A stretch of 64,000 nt of DNA from Chiloscyllium plagiosum (taxonomy: Eukaryota). Positions within the stretch are counted from its first letter, which is position 1. Each line of letters starts with the position of its first letter. The stretch covers positions 45,969,897 through 46,033,896 of the forward strand of contig NC_057718.1 in the NCBI RefSeq assembly GCF_004010195.1. Direction: 5' to 3'. Position numbers and translations under genes: made by a program. A model generated the notes under the pieces. It was not told the origin of the DNA and made no database searches. It worked only from the letters and a program-made list of their open reading frames with translations. This document shows positions 1-12,500 of the stretch, in pieces.

Positions 1-197
1 GAGGAAGTGGTGGGGGTTGGTACAATTGCAACATTTAAGAGGCATTTGGATGGGTATATGAATAGGAAGGGTTTGGAGGGATATGGGCCGGGTGCTGACA
101 GGTGGGACTAGATTGGGTTGGGATATCTGGTCGGCATGGATGGGTTGGACCGAAGGGTCTGTTTCCATGCTGTACATCTCTATGAATCCATGACTCT
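1..197 (+). mobile_element. CR1/HER1-type LINE, 3' end (ORF2 tail and 3'UTR)
   Basis: Matches the 3' end of the long CR1 copy at 59951-60145 (GAGGAAGTGGTGG...GGTTGGACCGAAGGGTCTGTTTCCATGCTGTACATCTCTATGA) and ends in the CTATGACT-like tail repeat. Confidence 0.9.
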
Positions 198-371
198 CAG
201 AGAAAAACTAGTAAATTGTACATTGTGCACAGCAATTGTTCTAACAGCATTTATTTGAGTGAACAATTTTAATCCTAGTCCCTTAGTCTAAACTAATATT
301 ACAGTAATCTGATCCTGCCTGCAAGTCAATCCTCAATTGCTTCTGTTCGCCTATTTCATCCAATCCGATTG

Positions 372-460
372 CAGGAAAAACGCACGCAGAATGGCACCAC
401 AGGGGGAAGCTCAACCTGTAGAATCTCACCCTCTGTAGGAAACAAGCCATAGAGGTGAGG
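372..460 (+). pseudogene. Possible decayed PIF/Harbinger ORF2 (Myb/SANT-like) fragment
   Basis: After TTGCAG the sequence reads EKRTQN...TG(G)...LT(P)L*...AIE with frameshifts. This loosely resembles the TGGG...LTPxEE motif of Harbinger Myb-like proteins. Pattern recognition only. Confidence 0.25.
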
Positions 461-1455
461 AGGAGGCAGTCTACTTTTGCTATGAGAGATATGCTTGGAG
501 TACAGTGCTACAAGTCTCAGAATTGTATGGCATCCCTGTGAATTAGCACATAGATTTCCATTGCTTTGTCTAAATCTTTGATATCAAGGACTTAAGACAC
601 GTATTTACCTTTTCTATAGAATTGACACAGCCATGGGAGAAACTGCAGCAACAGAAGGAAAATAATTATGTTGATGAGAAGGAGAAACGGTGATGACTGT
701 AAATCTTTCTTGTACCTTATAATGTCAAAGGCTCAGAGGAGGATGATGAAGAAGAGGAAGTCAAGGTCAAGGAAGCCAATGAGTCCCAATGTCAACATCC
801 TGCCAATTGTTCTCCTGTCATTACTCACTAAATCTCTCATCCTGAATTTTTACTTTTTCACTTATGTGCATCAGCTTAAAATACTTACAGCCACGAGGAA
901 TTTGTAAGTGCCAAGCGAGACCACAGAATGGAAAAAAACCTCTTATAAATACTAGCTATTTGTAAGACTTTCAACAGAATTAAAGTTGCTGCTTTTGTTA
1001 GGAGTGGAACTGAAGAAAACATGTATTTGTACAAGTTATATAAATAAATAAATATAATCCCTGCACAGACAACAGTAAGGTAGAACTTCATTTTGTGATG
1101 TAGCATGCAATGGTTGCTAACAAGTGGGAGACATTTGTTTATCTCATCATTCTTGTTTTCAATAGTCAATGGAAATAAAAATTGCGAGTGTGCCGGCTGT
1201 GGACTCATTTTTGAATCATTTGCATCACTGCAAAAAGTCAAGACCTACTCCAATAACTTTTCACTGTGGAACTAAATGAGGAGGGTCCTCTGTGACATTT
1301 TCTGTTCAGTTATAAGTGGATTTTACAAACAAATGGAAAGATATCTTTGAGTTTATTTAAACATTTTTGGAGATCAATGTTTTTGCAGCTATTTAATATG
1401 TGTGTCAATGACAGATCACACACAGACTGTGGAAGGAGTGGTCTCAACTAGCTGA

Positions 1456-1670
1456 GTCGAGAGTGTGGTGCTGGAAAAGCACAGCAGGTCAGACAGCATC
1501 CGAGGAGCAGGAAAATTGAGTTTTGGGTATCAGCCCTTCATCAGAAATTATCAGGCCTATGCCTGAAACATCAATTCTCCTGCTTCTCGGATGCTGTTTG
1601 ACCTGTTGTGCTTTTCCAGCACCACACTCTCGACTCTGATCTCCAGTATCTGCAGTCCTCGCTTTCTCTA
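1456..1670. mobile_element. Short fold-back Penelope pLTR element
   Basis: Inverted arms GTCGAGAGTGTGGTGCTGGAAAAGCACAGCAGGTC... and ...GACCTGTTGTGCTTTTCCAGCACCACACTCTCGAC. TSD CTCAACTAGCTGA (1443-1455) / CTCAACTAACTGA (1671-1683). Same sequence family as the 3' end of the PLEs at 3561-3651 and 16782-16907. Confidence 0.85.
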
Positions 1671-1879
1671 CTCAACTAACTGAACGCTTTTTCTAATTCC
1701 ATGCTTTGGAATATTTTATGTTTTAGTAAGCTATGTAGCATAAAGTTATGCTGTCACTATAATTCTAATGACATTGCTTTATGAATCTTGCTTCTTGTTA
1801 AATAGTTTGAAAATGGACTTTGAGCGAATTGTAGGCGAAGGTGAGGATTGCAGATGCTGGAAACCAGAGTTTAGATTAG

Positions 1880-2965
1880 CATAACTACAGAAGATGGACT
1901 GTTCTACGTAGCCGACAAAGAGACAAGCATAGCTGGTGCCATGGCTACCCCTTTGGTCTGGAGGAAGTGGGAGGATTCAAAGGAGAAATTGTTAAGGGTG
2001 AGGACCAGTTCAGCCAAACGAATGAGAGTGTCAGTGGAAGGGTTTGTTGAGGGACATCGGGAGAGGAAGAAATGGAGGGCTTGGAGGCCCTGGTCATGGC
2101 GGATGCAGGTGTAGAGGGATTGGATGTCCATGATGAAAATGAGGCATTGGGGGCTGGGGAAACAGAAGTCTTGGAGGAGGTGGAGGGCATGGGTGGTGTC
2201 TCGAACTTATGTGGGGAGTTCCTAAGCTAGGGGGGATAGGACAGTGTCGATGTAGGTAGAGATGAGTTCGTTGGGGCAGGAGCAGGCTGAGACAATGGGT
2301 CGGCTGGGGTGGTCAGGCTTGTGGATCTTGGGAAGGAGGTAGAATCGGGCGGTGTGAGGTTCCTGGACTATGAGGTTGGAAGCTCTGGGTGGGAGATCTC
2401 CTGAGGTAATGAGCTTCTGTATGGGCTGGTGATGGGGGGGTGGCGTCATGGTCTAGGGGGTGGTAGGAGGAGGTGTCTTCAAGTTGGCATCTGGCTTCAG
2501 CAGTGTAGAGGTCAGTGCGCCAAACTACTACTGCACCCCCTTTATCTGCTGATTTGACGTGAGGTTGGGATTGGAGCAGAGGGAGTGAAGGCTGCGCATT
2601 GTGAGGATGAGAGGTTGGAGTGGGGGGGGGGGGTGGACATGTTGAGGCGGTTAATGTTTTGGCAGCAGTTGGAAATGAAGAGATCAAGGGCGGGTAATAG
2701 GCCAGCACGGGGTGTCCAGGTGGATGCAGTGTGTTGGAGGCGAGTGAAGGGGTTCTCGGAAGGTGGGCGGGAGTCCTGATTGTAAAAGTAAGCTCGGAGG
2801 CAGAGGCAGGTGTATTAAATTCATTGATGTGTGGATGGAGGGGGATAAAGGTAAGGCCTTTGCTGAGGACTGATCGTTTGTCCTCAGTGAGGGGAAGGTC
2901 TGAGGGGATGGTGAAAGCTCGGCAGGGCTGGGAGCTAGGACCTGGTGTAGGTGTGGAGCTGGGAG
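1880..2965 (-). pseudogene. Penelope reverse transcriptase fragment (frameshifted)
   Basis: Translated motifs [56 protein letters not shown]...QTKGVAM are characteristic of PLE RT. Confidence 0.92.
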
Positions 2966-2974
2966 TGGTTGCAA

Positions 2975-3651
2975 AACCTGCGCCCATACCTCCTCCCTCA
3001 CCTCCTCCCAAGGCCCCAAAGGAGCCTTCCACATCCATCAAAGTTTCACCTGCATATCCACCAATATCATTTATTGTATATGTTGCTCCTGTTGCGGTCT
3101 CCTCTACATTGGGGAGACTGGACGCCTCCTCGCAGAATGCTTCAGGGAACATCTCCGCACCAATCAACCCCACCACCCCGTTGCTCAACATTTCAACTCC
3201 CCCTCCCACTCTGCTGAGGACATGCAGGTCCTGAGCCTCCCTCATCACCCGACGCCTGGAGGAAGAACGCCTCATCTTCCACCTCAGAACACTTCAATCC
3301 CAGGGCATCAAAGTGGACTTCACCAGTTTCCTCATTTCCCCTCCCCCCTCCTTACCCCAGTTCCAACCTTCCAGCTCAGCACTGTCCCCATGACCTGTCC
3401 TACCTGCCAATCTCCCTTCCCACCTACCCACTCCACCCTCCCCTCTGACCTATCACCTCCATCCCCACCCCCCTTCACCTATCGTATTCTTTGCTACTTA
3501 CTCCCCACCCCCACCCCCTCTCATTTATCTCTCCACCCTGGTGGCTCCCTGCCTCCATGGCTGATGAAGGGCTTTTGCCTGAAATGTCGATTTTCCTGCT
3601 CCTCGGATGCTGCCTGACCTGCTGTGCTTTTCCAGCACCGCTCTGATCTAA
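2975..3651 (+). pseudogene. Penelope GIY-YIG endonuclease C-terminus and pLTR
   Basis: CTCTACATTGGGGAGACTGGA = LYIGETG. Homologous to 16220-16907. Followed by a C-rich tract and a hammerhead-like core. Confidence 0.88.
3561..3588 (+). ncRNA. Minimal hammerhead ribozyme motif in Penelope pLTR (variant)
   Basis: CTGATGA-A-GGGC-TTTT-GCCT-GAAAT-GTC: hammerhead core boxes CUGANGA and GAAA around stem II, followed by a GUC triplet. Confidence 0.65.
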
Positions 3652-3696
3652 ACTTTGAGCCAATTGTAGCTGAACCAACAGAACGGAATGCAATTG

Positions 3697-3826
3697 CAAA
3701 AGCAAAGTGGTGTGAATGCTGGATATCAGAAATAACTGAAAATACTGGAAATACTCAGTAGGTTCACCAGCATCTTTGGGAAGGAGTAGCATTAACATTC
3801 AGGTCAATGGCCTTTTGTCAGAACTG
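3697..3826 (-). mobile_element. Older Penelope-type pLTR relic
   Basis: AAAAGCAAA...GATGCTGG-like...AAATACTGGAAATACTCAG... is similar to 21002-21200, 51119-51260 and the reverse of 15640-15750. Confidence 0.55.
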
Positions 3827-4548
3827 TTATAGTTTATACAGCAACATGCTTTTGCTAATACATTCATAGACATTGGGTCTTCAAGGCAACAAGATCCCAT
3901 CCCATATAAGATGTAGCAGATATCTTCTTTGGGAAAAGTGTTTTTAGACAATATTTATAAACTGGTGTACATTGGCTCTCTTTATGATTGAACTGGGTTA
4001 TGATTGAGGGCATCTATGTCCTACACGTCTTCATTTCTGAGCTAAGAAGTCTCAGGCAAGAATTTTAATCTGAGATCCAGAACTTGTTGCTGGGATCATT
4101 TCTGTTCCTGTCCCTGAAGCATATCAGCATCAGTGATGAGGTGACATTTTCTGATGCTAACGGTCTGCTTAGGATCCAGGAGTGAAATGGTACGTGAAAG
4201 TTGGACAGAATTTCAGTGAGTTTTTGAAAGATCAAGAGAATTCTGACCGGGTATACAATTCTAAGATGTGTTGAATCTGCAATGACCTTAAAGGACTGGC
4301 AGGGGAAGGTGCCTACAGGGATGACTAAGGTCACCACTGTCTTCTTGGGGGCTTTCATAGATGGAGTGGCAGGCAGGAAAATACCTTGCCCACAATATCC
4401 TAAGATGAAGGATAAAGAGGAGATTCTTGTACAATGCACACTGTGGCTACATGACCACTGTCATCCATAGGGTTGGCTGTGCTGAGGTGCCTTCTGAGTG
4501 GGCAATGTTATTATCACTGGCTTCTTGGATCTCTCGCAGGAATTGTTC

Positions 4549-4980
4549 TTATTCATTCATTGGATCTGAGTGTGCTCCTTAGGCCAGCATTTATTGCCGA
4601 TCCCTAACTGTCCCAGAGAAAGTCCTTGAGGTGCCTTCTTGAACTGTTGCAGTTCTTGGGAAAAAGGGAGGCTCACAATGCTGTTAGGAAGGGATTTCCA
4701 GGATTTGATCTAGCAACATTGAAAGAATAGCGATACAGTTCTAAGTCAGGATGGTGTGTGGCTTGAAGGAGAACTTGCAGGCAGTGGTGTTACAATGCAT
4801 GTGCTACCCTTGTCCTCCTAAGTAGCGGAGGCAGGGTGCTCGAAAGGTTCTGTTGGAAGAGTCTGGGTATGATACTACAGTGCATCTTGTGTATCGTACA
4901 CACTACTGCAGTTGTGCATTGGTGGTAAGAAGAGTAAATGTTCAAGATGGTGGATGCTTTGTCCTGAATGGTGTCAAGCT
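4549..4980 (-). mobile_element. LINE 3' fragment (second CR1/L2-like family, tail GGGCAATAAATGCTGGCC)
   Basis: Reverse complement resembles 41500-41925. Related pieces at 7062-7180, 27826-27885 and 46500-47040. Confidence 0.7.
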
Positions 4981-5154
4981 TTACAGAATCACCGAACCAT
5001 CACAAGAAGTAATTTGGCTTCTCATGTGTGCGCTGACTCTCTGAATGTGTATTCTGATTAATATCATTCTCTCACCATTTTCCTGTAACCTGCACATTTT
5101 TTCTATTTAAATAAACATCTAATACCCTCTTGACTGCCTCAATTGAAATTGGCT

Positions 5155-5654
5155 NNNNNNNNNNNNNNNNNNNNNNNNNNNNNNNNNNNNNNNNNNNNNN
5201 NNNNNNNNNNNNNNNNNNNNNNNNNNNNNNNNNNNNNNNNNNNNNNNNNNNNNNNNNNNNNNNNNNNNNNNNNNNNNNNNNNNNNNNNNNNNNNNNNNNN
5301 NNNNNNNNNNNNNNNNNNNNNNNNNNNNNNNNNNNNNNNNNNNNNNNNNNNNNNNNNNNNNNNNNNNNNNNNNNNNNNNNNNNNNNNNNNNNNNNNNNNN
5401 NNNNNNNNNNNNNNNNNNNNNNNNNNNNNNNNNNNNNNNNNNNNNNNNNNNNNNNNNNNNNNNNNNNNNNNNNNNNNNNNNNNNNNNNNNNNNNNNNNNN
5501 NNNNNNNNNNNNNNNNNNNNNNNNNNNNNNNNNNNNNNNNNNNNNNNNNNNNNNNNNNNNNNNNNNNNNNNNNNNNNNNNNNNNNNNNNNNNNNNNNNNN
5601 NNNNNNNNNNNNNNNNNNNNNNNNNNNNNNNNNNNNNNNNNNNNNNNNNNNNNN
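5155..5654. other. Assembly gap (500 N)
   Basis: Exactly 500 N, typical of a fixed-size scaffolding gap. True distance and orientation across it are unknown. Confidence 0.99.
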
Positions 5655-5801
5655 GGTCATCATTAGACTCTTGATTCCAGATGTGTATTGAATTCAAATT
5701 CCACTATCGCCATGGCAGGATTCAAAGCCAGGTCTCCACGACGTTACCTGGATCTCTAGATTAACAGTCCAGCAATAATTCCACTAGCCCATCACCTCCC
5801 C
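5655..5801 (-). mobile_element. tRNA-derived SINE, 5' part (truncated by the gap)
   Basis: Reverse strand begins GGGAGGTGATGGGCTAGTGG (A-box-like), then CTGGCTTTGAATCCTGCC (B-box-like), then GGAATTTGAATTCAAT. Confidence 0.65.
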
Positions 5802-7061
5802 TGGGCTAAACAAGTTGATGGGCTAAATAATTTGCTTCTATTCATGTTTCTTGTATTCTCAGATGTGTGTGCTTGCTTGATGGTTTCCTGCTGTTGGAAC
5901 TTGTGTATAGGAATTTCCATCAAAAGAGCTATGAATCTTTTAATTGACACACAGCTGAATTAGTGTGGCCTACCAGATCTTCCTGTAATGTCTGATTGCT
6001 GGGCATCTCTGGAGTGCCTCCTTTGTTCTTCTTTTCCTCCTCCTTCATGTCATGCTCCAAGGAGAAGTGGAACTCCAGGTCCTCGTTTGCCATTGTTCTA
6101 AGCCTCTGATACGCTGAGCAAAGTCTACAATGTGAAACATCATTGAAAAAATGATGGAATTCCTAAAGGTTTCCACTAGATTCTGGGGAAACTAACAAGT
6201 ATAACTCTGTGGTATTTGCAATCACATGCTACCTAACTTTGCCATCCAGAGGCCTGCAATCAGGTGAGGCTGCAAGAAATGCAACAGGAGAAGCAGCATA
6301 GAGAACAAGAAAAGCAGGAGTAATGCCAATCACAGGTAGATGAATGTGCACACCTTGATTTAAGGGCACCGTATATGATCAGATGTGATACTCTTTCATG
6401 CAGCTAATGGACATATCTGTGTAACATGAGTAACAGCATCCCACCTGAGACCCGGGGAGCATTCTGCTCATGCCTAATATTTTACTTTGAATAGAATTCC
6501 AAGCAATATTTACAGTTTATTTGTATTTAGATGAAATAAGACCACTAAGCAGGATTAAATACACTGGTACATAGGGAATCAACCACTATACAATTTGGAA
6601 AGAGTCTGGATCAATTGATGTTGTACCTTGAGGGTGTGAAAATATCCTGTAGAGACATTGCTAATGAATCTGGGGCTGTAGTTAAATTCCTGTTGTGCTA
6701 AGTACAACAGGTTCTTATAGCGTGAGGTCAGGTGAATTGTGGAATATACAGCTGGAATCATGTGGAGGCATTTTAGGACTATATAATAGATAGTGAAGCT
6801 GAGATACTTTGCAGTGACATTCTTTTCCATTAATTTCAAATGTAATTTTTGCTCCTACAATGTATTGTGTGAAGCTTTTTTGAAATAGTGTATTGCGTGT
6901 TGGAATGTTGAGTTAAGCAATATTTTAAAACATAGGTTGTTTTCAAAGTCTATTTTACTTTCTTTCATTTTGATTTTGTTTGTTTTCTTTGTTTATTTGC
7001 ATGTATATTTTGAAATGGTTGTGCACTTTGTTGAATGATGCCTTAGATATGAACACGTTTT

Positions 7062-7180
7062 ACTTTTTTCTGTTCACTTGTGGGAAATGGGTGTCACTGG
7101 CTGACCAACCTTTATTTCCTGTCCCTCGTTGCCCTTGAGAAGGTGATGGTGAGCTACCTTCTTGCACCATTGCAGTCTAT
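7062..7180 (-). mobile_element. LINE/SINE 3' tail fragment
   Basis: GTTGCCCTTGAGAAGGTGATGGTGAGCTACCTTCTTG matches the reverse of 41820-41880. Confidence 0.65.
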
Positions 7181-8102
7181 AAGTTAGCATCTGTTAGCTT
7201 TGGAATATTCAGACATAATCCCTTAAAAGTAGAATCAATGCTGTCACTGTAAAAAGGGATAGACAATAGAAGTTTACAAACCATAGGTATTCATCTTAAT
7301 TTTCAATTAAGACAAATGAACATAAAGAAATCCATATAAGCATTTAAAAATCATGATCCTACTGAGGAATATTGGAGATCTCAATGTTGTTTATTTAAAG
7401 TCAGCAACTGAAGCTGTTCTAGTGTAGTAAATATGCAAATGTATTATCTTTCAGATGAATTTGCACACTCGTACAGTCTCAAAGGACGCTTTTGTAAATA
7501 AATTGTCTGTGTGCGCATAACATGGTTAACCAGAGATTCCCTACAGGAATTGGTTATTCATTCTTCTCAGTGATTAGCCATTTTAACCAGTTAATTCTGA
7601 AGTACCCACTGTTTTGTTTGCATGTGCTTTTGTACATCTGAACTTGACAATTTAACTGTAAAATTACTTGTTTTAGAAAATATTTTCTGTTTTATTTGTA
7701 TATGAGGCAGGAGGAAAAATATAAACCTACCAATGTTATCAATTACTGCTTTCTGAAGCATCACTATTTTAAACAATTCATGGCTTTCTAAATATCTATA
7801 ATTCTCTTCCATATCCTTATGCTATAGATATAACTACAAAATAGTTGTGAAGATGCTACATGATAAAACAAAAATATGTACTTTGAAAACTACAAAAAAG
7901 GTTTAAATGAAGTTTTGATAAATTTTGTTGCTCGTGAATATTGTATTGCCTACATCAATTTGTCATGCATTGTTTGTCATCAATTAAAGGCATTTGCTAC
8001 TGCTATTAATATAGGCACTAATTACTTTCTGCAAGTGCAAAACAGCCTTTGTATTAATAGCCTTTATTTGGATTTCTAGGATTTCCATTGAAAACTCCAG
8101 TC

Positions 8103-8303
8103 CAGGTCTTTCTGCTATAATGCACGCTTCGCCAACACAAATTGGCTATAACGCGATTGATGAATTGTGCACGCTGTTTGGATAATACGGAACCTTCTGC
8201 TGAACAGGTATAATGATTTTTTATTGTGATCTTCTATAACACCATTTTCTATAGAGCGAGGTTGCGGAGGAATGCAACTGTCACATTATAGCAGAACGAC
8301 CTG
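8103..8303. mobile_element. Tc1/mariner (Tigger/pogo-like) MITE
   Basis: TIRs CAGGTCTTTCTGCTATAATG / CATTATAGCAGAACGACCTG followed by TA. Same family as 31760-31977. Confidence 0.75.
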
Positions 8304-11300
8304 TAGAAGTTGTATTCATTTCTGGAGCCAAAACCCCAAAGTGCTTATTTTTCTTCAAATTGGCAGTTGCCGCATTTCTTGTTGGTTATTGATGCATTGA
8401 AGAATATCTGTACTGTAAACTATTTGTTTCTATTGTGATTACATGCTAAGAGACGATGCAATAACTTTTTAAAAATCATTTCAGTAAAATATACAGTTAG
8501 ATTACTGATAAAATATTTTTCATAAGACAATTAAGGTAATTTCTTCATAAGAAAAAGTCAATGAAAGTAAAATAGTCACACATGGAACCTTACATCACTC
8601 TTGTCATCAGTTTATGTTAATTAATTCTCATGATATTATAATTTCCAATCACAAATTAATGATCGATTGTTAACACTAATTAAATCAAGTACTTATTAGT
8701 AATTTTTCTGTCAGCATTGTTCACACTGTTTCAGTGAAGTATTTGTGATTTAATTCATTCTTTTAATTATACACAAAATGTTGAGGCAGTTGACTTTGCA
8801 GCTAGCGCCTTCTGAATTCATTAATCCTTAATTAGGGCCAGTTGGGACCAGCAGTTAGGAGGTTAAAGAGGTTCTGACAGCCCTAATCATTGCTCAGTAA
8901 GCTGAAAATATATGCAAAATCTCAGCAGATGGGGTGAGATCTGTATCTGCCAAGTGATAAATGTTATTCCTTTACACTTCCAAAGCTGTCATCGTAATAA
9001 GCACCTTTATATTTATTAATGCGCTAGTTGCAATGTGTACAGTTGCTTCCTGTATCTCAATTAAAGAAGACACAATACTTTTTGCAATTCACCTGGTAAT
9101 GTTGATTTTCTTCTCAGACAGATTAAAATGTGCAACAACTTGGCCAGCTGATTTTACACTTTGTGAAGCACATGTTATAAATATATGATGTGTGTGGTAT
9201 GAGTTACATTGATGTATAAACAAGACATATTCTGCATTTCTAAAGTGTGTAACTCTGTTGTGAATGCAAGATAAATACCAACTAAACAACTTGTTGTTAG
9301 TTCTATATGGAAAAAAAATGTTCTAAATACAAGTGTCACTGTAATGCGAATGGAATCTCATGTTATTTTACCGGCAAGAAGATATTGCATTTGCTCTGCA
9401 TTTGTGAACAACATCAGAAGCCTAGGAAGAAGGGATTTCAGTTTTACCATTGTCACTGATAGTCTAAAAGAGTAAATCTTCCTCTGGTGTGATTTATGTT
9501 CTTTAAGGAATAACAACCTCAAGATAATACTGTAAAATGCAAAGTATTCATCATTTTATCTCCGATTTTGTGTTTAGTGAACTTTTAAAATTACAGGCAT
9601 GATTAGATGTCTCATTGGTTGGAGCATTTGTCTTTAACTTCTTAGACTGTGTTTAGATACAAATCAGATGAAAGTCTTCTCAATTGGTCATGTACAAGCA
9701 TTCTACATAAAAGAAATTTAGGCAAAATCATTCATTTCTTTGTGTATCAGTTGACAGTGCAGAATTGTTTTCGGGAACTGTGGTGTAATGGGATACGAAT
9801 AAATTAATGATGATAATGATGCAAATAATGCTACTCTGATATCAGCACAACAAAGAGTAATCGGTGGTCATGGCTTGAATGCTGAACTAGAGAGCAATAT
9901 TTAATAAAATGCATACCTTAGTGTAACTAAAAAGTGTGTAGTTTAACAGAAAATGAAAAAGCATGACTCTAAGCTAACAATAAATTAGGAATGCAAGAGA
10001 TCAGATTAATAGTAGTGTAGCATGACTGACTGAGGTCTTTCTGCTGAAGTTAAATGGGGGTCCGTTTAGTTATTGGATCTTCCTGATGCCTCAAACCCAT
10101 GTAAGTATAGGCTAGTTCAAGCAAGAGATGCCTTTGGTTTGTTTGGACGGAATCAAACTCCAAGGTTTGTTTGTTTCTTTGATATGATACTGTATAGAAC
10201 CAAACAGTGTTTGTGGCTGGGCATATATAAAGATGAATAAAGTATATACTTTTGAATTTTTAAAAATGCCTAGCAAGAAGTACAGCCTGTAAAAGTGAAG
10301 GCTTACATACACAACACGCTAGAGAACTGAATACAGAGTGCACAATGGGACAGACAGCAGGCATGAGTGTCTGGGAGAATTACAATCCAGAGATCTAGCT
10401 GCACAAATCCAAGAGATGCTTGCAGGGGAGTTGTCTCAAAATATGGTGGCAACAAGACAGACTTCACCAATGTCTAATTAAAGCTAGATCACAGTCTATC
10501 AGGCAGAAGAAAATTAGAGTAGAGGAAAGACAGAACAGAAAGTTGGAAGATTTTGAAAGCAAAGCAGTGAAAAGGGAGGACTCAGAAAAACAAACAGAAA
10601 TAATCAGAAGATTTTTAACACACAAGGTAAAAATATTACTGATGTTATGCTGGTCAATGTGGTGCAATATCTGAACAGGATGGGAGCTCCAGTCAGTGCA
10701 CTGCCATTGCCACAGTAGTTTGACCATGCTGAGGATGCACAACAAGGCCAAAATTGGGAGCTCAGGAAGTGACAGGTTCAGCCAATCAAGACAGTATCAG
10801 GGCTGCACACGAAAGAACAGATGCACCAGGTCAGTACAGTTCTGTATGCAGTTGGGCCAAAAGCTAAGGACATCCTCATGAGGAATGGTGTAGGAAAAAG
10901 TGCTACCAACTTCAAACTTCAAACCTGTACGAGAAACATTTTTAAACTAATTTTAGTCCAGAGAAGAATCTAGTTAATAGAACAGGCAAGATTTAACAAA
11001 TAGTCCAGTGATAAGGGATGCTGTATTATTGCCTTAAGAATTATGCATGCTACTAATCCTCGCACCAAGATGACACTGCATGATCAGCACCTCTGAGGAC
11101 CCCAAGCAGCAGATGTTAGACCAAGGATGTGTATATAAATTGGTCTGCAGCTGTAAGTCAATTGTTTGTCTGTTAAGAATCTTGTTCGAGATTTTCAAAT
11201 GAATTGAAGTTACACTTTTTATCAATCCAGTATGAGAGTGGTAACTGTGTTAATTAAAAGATCACAAGAATATAATATAGTGATCATGGTGATTCTTCCT

Positions 11301-11410
11301 AAAAACAAAGGCAATGATAAGAACTTGGAAATCACAAGTAAAAGCCTCAGACAAGAGTTGAAGCAATGCAGAAGCTGCATTTACAATGAGACCTTAGGAT
11401 GAATTAAGGT

Positions 11411-11716
11411 GGGTGGCACGGTGGCACAGTGGTTAGCACTGCTGCCTCACAGCGCCAGAGACCCAGGTTCAATTCCCACCTTAGGCGAATCTCTGTGTAG
11501 AGTTTGCACATTCTCCCCGTGTCCGGGTGCTCCGGTTTCCTCCCACAGTCCAAAAATGTGCAGATTAGGTAAATTAGCTGTGCTAAATCGCCCATAGTGT
11601 CAGGTGAAGGGGTAAATGTAGGGGAATGGGTCTGGGTGGGTGCGCTTCGGCGGGTCGGTGTGGACTTGTTAGGCTGAAGGACCTGTTTCCACACTGTAAG
11701 TAATCTAATCTAATCT
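11411..11716 (+). mobile_element. HE1-type tRNA-derived V-SINE
   Basis: A box TGGCACAGTGG, B box GGTTCAATTCC, V-domain GGTTTCCTCCCACAGTCCAAA, CR1-like tail CTGTTTCCACACTGTA followed by (TAATC)n. Confidence 0.92.
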
Positions 11717-12089
11717 GAGATAAATCTAACCAGTTCAGAAAAGCAGATGAGGAACAGGCAATGATCAGACAACTTTGCTTGGAAGAGCAGTCAAGATAAT
11801 TTCCAAGAGATCATGTTCTGAAGCTGTACTTTGAACTGAAACAACTTTTTATCAGTTGTAGATCACCTACTGGAAATAACCATGGACTGATTTTGCCAAT
11901 ATCATGAGGGAAGAAAATGCTAAAATAACTCTATGGTGGAGACTTCAGATTCAATAATCTCAACAGTCCATAATGAAACAAAGAATCTTATATTGTCTTG
12001 TCACACAAGTGGTATTATGTCGACCAGGACCAATTGAGCCCTTGAGGTCTTCAAGAACTCCAGATAGGTATTGGCTGAGGCTAACAAAA

Positions 12090-12500
12090 GAGGAGAGATA
12101 TTTAATACTGGTGGATTACCACTCCAGATGGATCAAAGTTTGAGATTTCATACATCTATAGCAGAGTTAGTGATCAGAGAACTGAAATGAATTTTCATAA
12201 AGCATGATTTACCAGAATAGTAGTTTGGGATAATGGACATCAATTTGTGAATGAGGAATTTAAAAAAACATTTGTCACAGAGGCAGGTATGAACCAGGTC
12301 TGCAACACATTCTCAGGCAAATGGAGAAGCAGAAAGCGTGATCAAAACCATAAAATTGGTAATGGCATGAGTGCAGCCTGGAAATTGGCATTATTAATTC
12401 ATAGCTCTACACCATTTAACAATGGATATTCACAGGCAGATCTACTTAGGGGAAGAAGATTAAAAAACAGAAATATCCTTATTAAAGTGAAATCTCAAAT
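12090..12500 (+). pseudogene. Gypsy integrase core relic
   Basis: Frameshifted translation: YLILVDYHSRWIKV...ELVIRELK*IFIKHDLPE...DNGHQFVNEEFK...SQANGEAESVIKTIK...LLIHSSTPFNNGYSQADLLRGRRLK. These are the DDE integrase motifs of Gypsy elements. Confidence 0.85.

Larger units (their letters stand above)
1835..3651. mobile_element. Rearranged Penelope-like retroelement (RT segment on minus, GIY-YIG end and pLTR on plus)
   Basis: TSD ACTTTGAGCGAATTGTAG (1817-1834) / ACTTTGAGCCAATTGTAG (3652-3669). Contains PLE RT and GIY-YIG motifs in opposite orientations. Confidence 0.85.

Noticed and set aside
1456..1670. Palindromes as microRNA precursors, terminators or CRISPR-like repeats
   Set aside because: Arms are Penelope pLTR sequence with TSDs, the context is eukaryotic, and there is no regular repeat-spacer array.
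2313..3275. 320-aa minus-strand ORF as a host gene
   Set aside because: Chimeric read-through across the inversion junction of a Penelope element; only parts are in the RT frame.
3850..4540. Possible Harbinger or other coding relic
   Set aside because: Only a KVTT-like tetrapeptide resembles transposase; no collinear motif series could be established.
5119..5697. Four long ORFs in the ORF track
   Set aside because: Artefacts of the 500-N gap (poly-X translations).
11411..11480. tRNA gene (A and B boxes)
   Set aside because: The boxes are the head of an HE1 SINE followed by V-domain and LINE tail; no complete cloverleaf. The same applies to the other SINE heads.
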